Shown: one piece after another, positions 46,616-55,806 of the stretch
Layout of the letters: every line of letters starts with the position of its first letter
Numbering within the stretch: the first letter of the stretch is position 1
Source: Candidatus Subterrananammoxibius californiae
GTDB taxonomy: Bacteria; Planctomycetota; Brocadiia; Brocadiales; Subterrananammoxibiaceae
Assembly (NCBI GenBank): GCA_030586555.1
Contig: JAURAC010000018.1
Location: forward strand, 1-64,000
DNA: 64,000 nucleotides
Reading direction: 5' to 3'
The notes under the pieces: model-generated
What the model saw: only the letters and a program-made list of their open reading frames with translations
What the model was told of the DNA's origin: nothing
Databases searched by the model: none
Made by a program: the position numbers and the translations under genes

Positions 46616-48304
46616 ATGTTCTTCATGCCAAAAATAATAAAATTATTTGCCATAATTTTCTTTTCTTTATGTTATCCATGTCTTTCTGAGCCGGTAGCTC
46701 AGACACATGTTTCGTTATTAGCCGCCATTGGTATTCCACCTGATATTTTATCTGAACTCTCCCGTGGTGAAGCATATTTGGCAGAGCTGGATGTTGAGCA
46801 GGCAGCAAGGGTCGCTGATGAACTCCTGAACAAAGGATATGAAGGAGACATAAATGCTCCAGTCCAGTATTTTGCCGGCAAGGTTCGCTTTTTTGAGGGC
46901 AATTATGCCGAATCCTTGCGCCTTTTAAAAGATGCTATCGAGTCTAAGTGCTTCATTCCTGATGCAAGAGAATTCTTTGAACACATTAACAGTGTTTTCC
47001 AGACAGCAAGCAAATTTCAAGAGAAGGCGTCTACTCATTTTATTTTTAGATACATTCAGAAAAAGGACGAGATACTTGTTGACTATGCCCTGCCAGTTCT
47101 TGAAAAAGCATACGAGGAGATTGGTAAAGACCTCGACCACTTTCCCCAAAGCAAAATTATCGTGGAGGTATACCCCGATGTTGACAGTTTTTGCAAGGCT
47201 TCGACACTTACAAAAGAAGAAATTGACACATCTGGAACCGTTGCAATCTGCCTGTTTAACCGCCTGATGATTACCACGCCGAGGGTGCTGCTTCACGGCT
47301 ATGCCTGGCTTGACACGCTTGCCCATGAATACGTCCATTACGTTATTACCAGAAAAACCAGGAACCGCACGCCCATCTGGCTTCATGAAGGGGTAGCAAA
47401 GTATGAGGAGGCGCGCTGGAGGAGGGCGGAAGGTGAGGGCTTCTCAAGCATCTCAGAAAGTTTACTTGCCGAGGCAATAGAGAATAATTATTTTATCACC
47501 TTTGAACAGATGCATCCTTCTCTTGCAAAATTGAAGAAACATGAGGATACAGTGCTTGCCTTCGCAGAGGTACAAAGCGCTGTAGAATATATTTTGAAAA
47601 AAGGTGGATACAACCTGCTGCGAAAAATCTTTGAGATAATCGCTGAAGGAGAATCTGCAGAAAACGCAGTTGCCTCAGTGCTTCAGATTCCCTTTGCCCA
47701 ATTCGAGCAAGAATGGCAAGAATATCTGCGCAAAAGTGACCTGAAGAAAATACCAGGAATACAGTTAATGCCAATCCATTTTAAAAAGAGCGAGTCTGAA
47801 AAGAGCGACGTGGAAGACGTCTCTGAGATAGAGGCTGGCAATGCCAGAAAACATGCAAAACTCGGCGATATACTCAGAAGAGAAAATCGCTCCGATGCTG
47901 CAATAGTTGAGTATGAGAAGGCGTATCAGGTTGCAGGTCTTATTAGTCCGCAAATCCTGAATAAGTTAGCGCTTGCCTATTTACTTAATACCCAGTACGA
48001 AAAGGCTGAAAATATCCTCATTACCACAAGACAGTATTACCCTGATTACCCCACAACTTATGTGACTTTAGGAGAGCTTTATCAAAGGAAAAAAGAGTAC
48101 GATAAAGCCCTGGAAAGCCTTGCACTTGCCAGCCAGATAAACCCATATAATCCCTTCGTCCACCAGGCCATGTTTAATATTTGCCAGAACATGGGTAAAA
48201 AGGAAGAAGCTGCATTACACCTAAACAGGGTAACGATGTTAATGGGCACGTTTAACAAGGAAGCAATAACCAATGACCAAATCCAAAATCCCAGATCCCA
48301 ATAA
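46616..48304 (+). CDS. Secreted gluzincin (peptidase MA-like) domain + TPR protein
   Basis: HEYVH zinc motif, P.WLHEGVA.Y, TPR repeats at both ends. Confidence 0.85.
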   Translation: MFFMPKIIKLFAIIFFSLCYPCLSEPVAQTHVSLLAAIGIPPDILSELSRGEAYLAELDVEQAARVADELLNKGYEGDINAPVQYFAGKVRFFEGNYAESLRLLKDAIESKCFIPDAREFFEHINSVFQTASKFQEKASTHFIFRYIQKKDEILVDYALPVLEKAYEEIGKDLDHFPQSKIIVEVYPDVDSFCKASTLTKEEIDTSGTVAICLFNRLMITTPRVLLHGYAWLDTLAHEYVHYVITRKTRNRTPIWLHEGVAKYEEARWRRAEGEGFSSISESLLAEAIENNYFITFEQMHPSLAKLKKHEDTVLAFAEVQSAVEYILKKGGYNLLRKIFEIIAEGESAENAVASVLQIPFAQFEQEWQEYLRKSDLKKIPGIQLMPIHFKKSESEKSDVEDVSEIEAGNARKHAKLGDILRRENRSDAAIVEYEKAYQVAGLISPQILNKLALAYLLNTQYEKAENILITTRQYYPDYPTTYVTLGELYQRKKEYDKALESLALASQINPYNPFVHQAMFNICQNMGKKEEAALHLNRVTMLMGTFNKEAITNDQIQNPRSQ

Positions 48305-48378
48305 AATCCCAATCTCCAAATCTTTGGTAATTGACAATTGGTAATTGATTGGAATTTGATAATTGGGGTTTGGAATTT
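48264..48378. repeat. Inverted degenerate heptamer array spanning a convergent gene junction
   Basis: CAATAAC CAATGAC CAAATCC..CAATCTC then TTGGTAA TTGACAA TTGGTAA..TTGGAAT; supplies the C-terminal TNDQIQNPRSQ* of the upstream gene. Confidence 0.75.
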
Positions 48379-49732
48379 ATCCCTTTTCCAATTCCTCTAA
48401 ACATTCTTCAAATATTGTGAGTGCGGTATCGGCTTCTTCCGTTGTGGTAAGGAGGGATGGGCAGAGACGCACGGTGTTACGGCTGCATCCTAATAGGAGA
48501 AGCCCCTTCTTAAACGTCTTATGCAAGAGTTCATTTCTTTCCATTACAGCCCTTTCCTTTGTTTTCTTGTCCGTAACAAGCTCAATGCCTATCATCAAGC
48601 CCAATCCCCTCACGTCGCCGATTAGACGATGAGCCTTTTCCATTGCTTTTATTTGCTTCATTATGTAAGCGCCAATCCTGGCTGCATTAGCTATAAGACC
48701 ATTTTCGAGGAGTTCGATTGTTTTTAACGCAGCCGCAATAGATACAGGATTTCCACCAAATGTGCTGGCATGTGTGCCGGGACCCCAGTCCATTATTTTT
48801 TGAGAGGCTACGGTTGCAGATATTGGCATTCCAGATGCAATCCCCTTTGCCAATGTAATAATATCTGGAACGATTCCAAAATGCTCACAGGCAAACATCT
48901 TGCCTGTCCTGCCCATTCCTGCCTGCACTTCATCGGCAACGTAGAGGATTCCAAATTCTCTTGTAAGTTTATAAAGTTGCTCATGAAATTCCTTTGGGGG
49001 GACGATATAGCCGCCCTCCCCCTGAATTGGTTCAACAAAGATAGCCGCTACTTCTTCAGGTGGTACTACTGTCTGAAAGAGTTCCTCTTTAATCCATTCG
49101 GTACACCACATGCCGCATTTTTCTTTAGTAAGCCCATAATGACAGCGATAGCAGTAAGCGTAGGGGACATGAACCACACCGGGAATCAATGGGAAGAACC
49201 CCTTTCTCTGGGTTAGCTTGCTCCCCGTAAGCGAAAGGGCGCCCATAGTCCTTCCGTGGAAGGCGTTGTAAAAGGCAATTACCATGGGGCGCTTTGTATG
49301 ATATCGGGCAAGTTTGAAGGCTGCCTCTACCGCCTCGGCACCTGAATTTCCAAAGAAGGTTCTTTTAGTAGCATTCCCTGGTGAAATCTTTGAGAGCTTC
49401 TCGGCAAGCTCCATCTGCAGGGGATTATAAAAGTCTGCACCTGACATGTGAATAAGTAGCTCTGTTTGATGCTTAATTGCCTCTATTACATCTGGATGAC
49501 AATGGCCCGTGGAGCACACCGCAACCCCAGCCGTAAAATCCAGGAATTTGTTGCCATCCACGTCCTCCAACATATTACCACTTGCCGTCTTGACAACTAA
49601 CGGATACTCTTTTGTGGAAGATGGGGAGACAAATTTGCTGTCTTTTTCAAGATATAATTTTGCCTTTGGACCAGGAAGCGGGGTAATTATATTTGGATAA
49701 CCTTGTTTCGCTTCGCTCAATCTTCGCCCCAA
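48377..49732 (-). CDS. Class III PLP aminotransferase (4-aminobutyrate/acetylornithine-like)
   Basis: NSGAEAVE, FHGRT, EPIQGEGG, DEVQAGMGRTG, LAKG, STFGGNP; start uncertain. Confidence 0.93.
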   Translation of the reverse strand: MGRRLSEAKQGYPNIITPLPGPKAKLYLEKDSKFVSPSSTKEYPLVVKTASGNMLEDVDGNKFLDFTAGVAVCSTGHCHPDVIEAIKHQTELLIHMSGADFYNPLQMELAEKLSKISPGNATKRTFFGNSGAEAVEAAFKLARYHTKRPMVIAFYNAFHGRTMGALSLTGSKLTQRKGFFPLIPGVVHVPYAYCYRCHYGLTKEKCGMWCTEWIKEELFQTVVPPEEVAAIFVEPIQGEGGYIVPPKEFHEQLYKLTREFGILYVADEVQAGMGRTGKMFACEHFGIVPDIITLAKGIASGMPISATVASQKIMDWGPGTHASTFGGNPVSIAAALKTIELLENGLIANAARIGAYIMKQIKAMEKAHRLIGDVRGLGLMIGIELVTDKKTKERAVMERNELLHKTFKKGLLLLGCSRNTVRLCPSLLTTTEEADTALTIFEECLEELEKG

Positions 49733-49796
49733 TTTCTTTTACCTTTTGGTACGCATCTTTTTCCAGAAAAGTAATAATACGTGTGATATTCTATAT

Positions 49797-50156
49797 TCAT
49801 TCTTTACCTATTTCCTTATCTATTTGTTTCAAAACTGCTTCAATCAGGAGTTTAACCGCGGGAAGCCGCTTTCTTATTGTGTCCCATACAAAATCATATT
49901 TAACTCCAAAGTATTCGTGAATCAGTTTATCACGCATCCCTGCCATCATTTTCCACGGAATCTCAGGATGTTTCTTTCTTAAGCTCTGCGGTATGTGCTT
50001 AGCAGCCTCTCCAATAATTGCGAAGTTCCGTATAACTGCGTCAACGGTTTTATTGTCTCGGATGAAATCTTCGATATTTAGACCTTCTGTATATTTTTCT
50101 ATCTTGCTAATGGCTTCGAGAATATCATCGAGGTAAAGTCTATAATCCCTATTCAT
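49797..50156 (-). CDS. DUF86 / HepT-like HEPN ribonuclease toxin
   Basis: [34 protein letters not shown] (RX4HXY). Confidence 0.92.
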   Translation of the reverse strand: MNRDYRLYLDDILEAISKIEKYTEGLNIEDFIRDNKTVDAVIRNFAIIGEAAKHIPQSLRKKHPEIPWKMMAGMRDKLIHEYFGVKYDFVWDTIRKRLPAVKLLIEAVLKQIDKEIGKE

Positions 50157-50446
50157 ATAGTGATAGCTTCCTTTAATATTCTTTCCTTAATGCGCGGTTT
50201 AAGTGTGTCCTTCATTACAAGGTCAACTTTAATGCCAAGTATCTTACTTATAAAGTCCTCAAGCTCCACGAATGTGAATAAGTCAATGGTTTCATAAAAA
50301 TCTATCAAAATATCCACATCACTTCGTTTTCTTTGTTCTCCCTTGACGTATGAGCCAAAAATACCTATCTCTTTGACCTTATACTTATCTCTAAGGAAAG
50401 GCAAATTTCTTCTGATTTCGTTTTTGATTCTCTCAATTTCTTTCAT
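50153..50446 (-). CDS. MntA-like nucleotidyltransferase antitoxin
   Basis: [17 protein letters not shown] (GSX10DXD), KVDLV; ATGA overlap with the toxin gene. Confidence 0.92.
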   Translation of the reverse strand: MKEIERIKNEIRRNLPFLRDKYKVKEIGIFGSYVKGEQRKRSDVDILIDFYETIDLFTFVELEDFISKILGIKVDLVMKDTLKPRIKERILKEAITI

Positions 50447-50462
50447 ACTGCCAGCACCTTAT

Positions 50463-51059
50463 TTAGTTCTTTTGAGATATATTATTCAATAAGCTAACTT
50501 TTGCCCCTAAATCAACGCCCAGATTAAATGCCTCTAAATTCGTAGATACTGCCTTTGGGGCGATTATCTCTTTAATTGCCTTAAGTGTGGATTTTTTTGA
50601 GATTATGTTTGTCGCCTCAACCACAGCGCCGAGCATGAGTATATTTGCTGTAGTGGGTGAACCAAAGTGCTTGATAGCTGACTCCGTTGCTGGAACTGGA
50701 AAATATTTGGTGTTTGGGCAGTGTCCGCCTGAGGCGGATGCCCCTACATGGGGTAATACCTTTACTAATTTTGTATCATAGAAAATGCTGCCGTTTAATT
50801 TCTCAACACTATTGGCAAAGTTTTCATAGCCCTTTTGCGTCATTGCCACCAGGATGTCGCTTCTGACTGCATAAGGATAATCAATTGGTGAATCTGCTAT
50901 TATTACTTCTGCGCGGCAGAGCGAGCCTCTTGTTTCAGGTCCGTATGCTGAGGATTGAGCAACGTATCTTTTATCGTATATTCCTGCCTGTCCGATGATT
51001 TGCCCAAGAAGCACTATACCCTGACCTCCAAGTCCAACAATCCTGATTTGCTGAAACAT
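50463..51059 (-). CDS. korC: 2-oxoacid:ferredoxin oxidoreductase gamma subunit
   Basis: IRIVGLGGQG, YGPETRG, ANILMLGA, NLEAFNLG; start set at MFQQ (the longer ORF start crosses a repeat). Confidence 0.88.
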   Translation of the reverse strand: MFQQIRIVGLGGQGIVLLGQIIGQAGIYDKRYVAQSSAYGPETRGSLCRAEVIIADSPIDYPYAVRSDILVAMTQKGYENFANSVEKLNGSIFYDTKLVKVLPHVGASASGGHCPNTKYFPVPATESAIKHFGSPTTANILMLGAVVEATNIISKKSTLKAIKEIIAPKAVSTNLEAFNLGVDLGAKVSLLNNISQKN

Positions 51060-51085
51060 ATATTCATCTTTTAAAAAGGGATAGA

Positions 51086-51116
51086 GCACGGACAAACAAG
51101 TTTGTCCATGCCACCC
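51086..51116. repeat. Family-A palindromic element between korB and korC
   Basis: Identical to the argJ copy at 8681-8711. Confidence 0.95.
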
Positions 51117-51123
51117 GAGATGC

Positions 51124-51885
51124 TCATTTATCAATAAAGATTCCTGTTAATACCTTATCTTTTAATTCATCCTTGGTTAATTTCTTTGCCTTATCAATGG
51201 AAATGCACCTTTCTTTTAGATACTGAAGATGGTCAAATGGGGACTTAAGCTGATTAAGCCTTCCATAGTGGACAGGGCAGGATGTCAAAGCCTCTACAAA
51301 GGAAAAGCCTTGGTGCGAGAGAGCCTTCTTTATTGCTTTAATAAGAGGCATAATCTGGATGACGGAATAGCGTGCTACAAAGCTTGCCCCTGCCGCTTCT
51401 ACAAGTTTACACAGGTCAAACGGCGGTTCAAGATTTCCCTGAGGTGTTGTGCTTGTTACGGAGGCTAATGGCGTGGTTGATGAGACCTGGCCGCCAGTCA
51501 TGCCATAAATCTCGTTATTGGCGCAGATAGTGATTAACTCCACGTTTCTTCTGGCGGCATGAATCAGGTGATTACCACCTATTGAGGCAAGGTCTCCATC
51601 GCCGCTTATTATCATCACCTTGAGTTTTGGGTTGAATAACTTTGCGCCTGTGGCAAATGCGATTGGTCTGCCATGTGTAACGTGCATGGTGTCGGCGGCA
51701 AAATGGGGGCTTGGAATCCATGCGGCGCACCCAATGCCAGAAACAAATAGCATATCCTTCATCTCGATACTGGATTCGTCTATTGCCCTGAGGATGGCTC
51801 CCATTAATATGCCGTGACCGCATCCAGGACAAAATGGCGTGGGAAGTGTGTTTGGACGAATATATTTAAGCAGGTTTTGGGACAT
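51124..51885 (-). CDS. korB: 2-oxoacid:ferredoxin oxidoreductase beta subunit (TPP-binding)
   Basis: FCPGCGHG, SGIGC, HGR, GDGD..IGGNH, NN.IYGMTGGQ. Confidence 0.92.
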   Translation of the reverse strand: MSQNLLKYIRPNTLPTPFCPGCGHGILMGAILRAIDESSIEMKDMLFVSGIGCAAWIPSPHFAADTMHVTHGRPIAFATGAKLFNPKLKVMIISGDGDLASIGGNHLIHAARRNVELITICANNEIYGMTGGQVSSTTPLASVTSTTPQGNLEPPFDLCKLVEAAGASFVARYSVIQIMPLIKAIKKALSHQGFSFVEALTSCPVHYGRLNQLKSPFDHLQYLKERCISIDKAKKLTKDELKDKVLTGIFIDK

Positions 51886-52831
51886 TGCGCATACCTTTAA
51901 TTATTGCCATGATAGACTTAATATCCCCTTTTAATAATAACATTAATATCGGTAAAAGCAACCTGTAAGTTATAAAATAAGGCAAGAAAAGAAAAAGAAA
52001 CTCAAACCGACCGAGATGCTTTCTTGCAAATAGTATTCTACTCAGGGTCATGTAATAATAATAAGATGGGCTTTTAAAACCTATTGTTGATGAGCCTTTG
52101 TGCCAGATGACCGCATCAGGTACATATACGCATTTAAAGCCCTGTTTTTGCGCTCTTATACACCAGTCCCAGTCCTCAAAATATGCAAAAAATCTTTCAT
52201 CTAATAGTCCGATTTGTTCAATAACCTCCTTTTTTATCATTAGCGCGGTGCCGGAAATGTAATCCACAGCTTCGACATTATTATACCTTCCAATGTCCTT
52301 TTTACCATTTCCCCTCAAAAAGGGCTGTCCAAGGAAGGGGATAGTTTTTGTGCCTGCGCAAAAAAGGGTCTGAGACCCTGAAACAAGTTCAGGGTAGAGT
52401 TTATAAATCTTGGGACCGACAATGCCTATCTTGTCGTCCGCTTCTGCCACATTGACTAATTGTGTTAAGAAGTCGGGGTTTACAACGGTATCATTATTTA
52501 ATAAAAGGAAATAATCAACGTTCTCCCACGGACAAACACGACCCGTCCACTGGACGGGTGGCCCCGCCATGCCACCCATGAGATGTCTAATTGCAAGATT
52601 GTTGCCACCTGTAAATCCCAGATTATTAATGTTTATTAGCAGTCTTATTTTAGAATTAGAAGAATATTTTGCCTTAAATAATTCAACCGAATTGTCCTTT
52701 GAGCCGTTATCAACTAAGACAATTTCGTAATTGGGGTAATTAATTTTCTCAAGAGAGTCAATACATTCAATAGTATCCATGCAGTTATTAAAATTAAGGA
52801 CGATTATAATGACTTTAGGTGATGTTTTCAT
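51866..52831 (-). CDS. Glycosyltransferase family 2
   Basis: VDNGSKD, NLGFTGGNN, LLNND, YFEDWDW; two palindromic inserts. Confidence 0.93.
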   Translation of the reverse strand: MKTSPKVIIIVLNFNNCMDTIECIDSLEKINYPNYEIVLVDNGSKDNSVELFKAKYSSNSKIRLLININNLGFTGGNNLAIRHLMGGMAGPPVQWTGRVCPWENVDYFLLLNNDTVVNPDFLTQLVNVAEADDKIGIVGPKIYKLYPELVSGSQTLFCAGTKTIPFLGQPFLRGNGKKDIGRYNNVEAVDYISGTALMIKKEVIEQIGLLDERFFAYFEDWDWCIRAQKQGFKCVYVPDAVIWHKGSSTIGFKSPSYYYYMTLSRILFARKHLGRFEFLFLFLPYFITYRLLLPILMLLLKGDIKSIMAIIKGMRNVPKPA

Positions 52832-54104
52832 GGTGCTTATTCTTTAATACGCCAATGTATTCATTTTGCAATTCATGAATGGATTTGTCCCATTGGTATT
52901 TTTCCTTTGCGAGGTTATAACCACCGGTGGCAATTCTTTTCCTCAATTCCTCGTCTTTCATAAGGTTGACAATAGCCGTTGCAAATTCCTGTGGTTCATC
53001 GGCAATTATAATATTTTCTCCGTGGGTTACTTCCAGACCTTCGGCTCCTAAGGAGGTTGAAATAACAGGACTACCGTAAGACATATAGGTTAATATCTTT
53101 GTGCGGATACCACTACCGTATCTTATCGGGACGATTGATATTGCATCTTCTAATAAAGGTTTAATGTCATTGACGAAACCAAAGAGGCGAACACTTTTGT
53201 CTTCTCTTATTGCTTTGGGTAGTATTTCAGGACCTTTGCCAACTATAAGAAACTCCGCATCGTTCTTTGACTGTTTTATAAGCGGAAAGATGGATTGGTA
53301 AAAGTAAATTACGGCATCTTGATTGGGTCTGTGTAAGAAAGAGCCGATGAAACACACCCCCTTCCCCCTCTTTTTAGAGGGGAGCTCACACGCACCTTTC
53401 CCCTCTTTCAAGAGGGAACACACCCCTAAATCCCCTCTTTCAAGAGGGGATTGTGAGGGTACGTCCACGCCTGTTCTAATTACGGAAATCTTGGAAGTAG
53501 GGCAGTACTTTTGCAATTCCGTCTTGCTTTGTTCAGAAACCGTAATTATCAGGTCGAACTTTTTGCAATAAGTTATCTCAAAATGTTTCAGTTTTAAATA
53601 CTGAATGGACCAGTGTAACTTTATCAATGGGTTTGGAGCATGTGCAAGTCTTCTGTATCTGCTAATAAAGGTCACGTCATGTTCTACAAGGACGGTGGTA
53701 GGGGCACGTTGCAACGTGCCCCTACTTTGTTGCAGATAGGATGCCATCTGGGTTAGTTCAATCTGGATAATGTCGTAATGATTATTTGTCAATGCATATT
53801 CAATGCGTCTTTTCATTTCTCTGGACTGATGCATTGCTATTAGGGTAGGCATTGGAGAGAAAAAATAAAATAGATTAAACAGGACGGTCTTTAGCATTGA
53901 CCATCGGGGGTTATGTACAGTATCAACCCTTATACAATACTTGTTTAATTCAGAAAGATACTGTAACTCGTTTTGATTCCTGTAGAAGGTAATAAGGTGA
54001 ATCGTGTTTTGCCGTGAAAGTCCTTTGATGACTTGAAATATTCTTTCCTTAGCCCCTTCGTCTAACGGGTATGGAAATACTGGCGAAATTATAAGGATAT
54101 TCAC
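52815..54104 (-). CDS. Glycosyltransferase family 4
   Basis: P.P..G...R, TVSE, FIGSF.H.PN, P.RYGSG.RTK, GAEG; two repeat inserts. Confidence 0.9.
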   Translation of the reverse strand: MNILIISPVFPYPLDEGAKERIFQVIKGLSRQNTIHLITFYRNQNELQYLSELNKYCIRVDTVHNPRWSMLKTVLFNLFYFFSPMPTLIAMHQSREMKRRIEYALTNNHYDIIQIELTQMASYLQQSRGTLQRAPTTVLVEHDVTFISRYRRLAHAPNPLIKLHWSIQYLKLKHFEITYCKKFDLIITVSEQSKTELQKYCPTSKISVIRTGVDVPSQSPLERGDLGVCSLLKEGKGACELPSKKRGKGVCFIGSFLHRPNQDAVIYFYQSIFPLIKQSKNDAEFLIVGKGPEILPKAIREDKSVRLFGFVNDIKPLLEDAISIVPIRYGSGIRTKILTYMSYGSPVISTSLGAEGLEVTHGENIIIADEPQEFATAIVNLMKDEELRKRIATGGYNLAKEKYQWDKSIHELQNEYIGVLKNKHHENIT

Positions 54105-54646
54105 TTTTTATTCTTAACCTTCGAATATCTTCGCAATGTCATTAATCCTGTATTAAGCAACAGGTAGAGAAAGACGAAAGGGAAAAATATTAATTTAGCT
54201 GGCAAGCTGGCAAGCTGACAAGCTGGCAAGCCAGTAATGAGTGTTCCATCTCTTAAACGAGCGCGAAGAAACAAGTATAAAAACTTTAAAGTGGCATAGG
54301 CGCAATCAAGGTTTTCATTAAAAATTAATACCTTCTTTGCCCCGAACAAAAAAGGCAAAGATTTCATAACATACCTTTTTGTATCAAGGCAGTACAAAAC
54401 AGTAGCCACATCATACCTTCTTTTTCTCATCTTTATCAAGAGCCTGATAATTTCTTTAAACCCTTCCCCGGGATTATAGACGTCAACCGAAGAGACTGAT
54501 GGATTTTGTCTAAATGCATCTGCGAATGCATCGGTACACAGGACAGTGATGATGGGTTTCTCAAATAGCTTATGTGATATTGCTTCGATAGCACGAGTGA
54601 CTTTTTCCACACTTGCTGTATTGACCACTAAAATCTTTTCGTTCAT
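54101..54646 (-). CDS. Hypothetical protein (GT-B N-terminal-like fragment with C-terminal TM)
   Basis: 181-aa ORF with ATGA coupling to the next gene; RYDVA motif; octamer insert at 54197-54231. Confidence 0.65.
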   Translation of the reverse strand: MNEKILVVNTASVEKVTRAIEAISHKLFEKPIITVLCTDAFADAFRQNPSVSSVDVYNPGEGFKEIIRLLIKMRKRRYDVATVLYCLDTKRYVMKSLPFLFGAKKVLIFNENLDCAYATLKFLYLFLRARLRDGTLITGLPACQLASLPAKLIFFPFVFLYLLLNTGLMTLRRYSKVKNKK

Positions 54647-54688
54647 TTTTCTAATTCCTGAAACATATTGAAACGTCTAACTAAATAT

Positions 54689-55789
54689 TTAACAAGGCTT
54701 TCTACAATAGATTCTGACTTGTTCTCCAAATTTCCCCCATGAAAAGAATGTAGACGCATAGTATTCCATTCTATAACCTACTAACTCCAAAAGTTTTTCC
54801 TTCCGGAATAATCCAAAAGGAAGATATTTCTTTAATAACTTCGTAATGAGATATGACATATGGAAGGAAGAAAAATAGTAACTTTCGGCTTTTATAGTCT
54901 CGAATCTTAAATCTTTCAGTAATAAGGAAAGATTAGAAATAGAATAATGATAAAGGTGGAAAGGGTAGCGAAAATAAGGCCAAGATGTACCGTATATATT
55001 TTTGATAAAACTCTGGTAGTTCGGAACGGAAATAAAGAGAAGCCCCCCTGGACGCAATATTCTTCTTAACTCCTCAAGTACTCGTTCTGGATTGGGCAGG
55101 TGTTCCAGAACACTCAGAACAGTTATTATATCAAAACTATTCGAATCGAAATTACATTGTAATAAATCCCCTTTCGAGATTTTAAGTTTCTTGTAGTACG
55201 CATCATCAGAGCCCAGGATGTATTCTATGAGATTCTTATCTAATTCAGTACCATGGCAAGTGTAGCCAGGAAGCCTAGCGGCAGCATAGCGTAAAAAATC
55301 GCCTTTTCCACAACCCACGTCGAGAAAGTTGCCTTTTTCAGGTATCATTAATGGATTCTTTTGGCTTGAGAGCATTTCGATAATATCACTACCAGCGCCT
55401 TTTATGTATATCTTTTGCTTGATATCAGCGATAAGTTGTTCCACAGCAGTCAAGTTTTACTCGTCCTTTCCTAAAAATCCAGTTGGGTCATTTTGGTAAT
55501 ATTCATGTAATTCTTCCTTGGTGGGAATATTCATGGGACTAAGCAGCCCGCACCTTAAACAGCGAATTAAATACGGCAAATTCTTTAAAGCGGCAAATTC
55601 CGTTCCTTCACAAATTATACATTGTGACTTTACCTGTGTTCCACGTTCATTATCAGGAAATACATGTGACAATAAAATCTTAATAAACCCATATAAGATG
55701 ATGATTATGGTTATCAGACATCCTATGAAAGTAACGACTGCAAGAGGCACAAAACCAATTTGTTGCCCCGAAGCCTTCTCAGAATCCAT
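54689..55789 (-). pseudogene. Zn-ribbon + class I SAM methyltransferase split by one in-frame TAA
   Basis: ORF 55457-55789 (CIIC..CLRCG..P..EL..YY) and ORF 54689-55453 (LDVGCGKG, VLEHL, SVPN, P.HL) share a frame: KDE*NLTAVE. Confidence 0.75.
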
Positions 55790-55806
55790 TTTTCTACATT
55801 TCCCTA

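Noticed and set aside
49733..50462. Flanking direct repeat around the MntA-HepT pair
   Set aside because: I looked for a duplication like the one at rfbD and found none.
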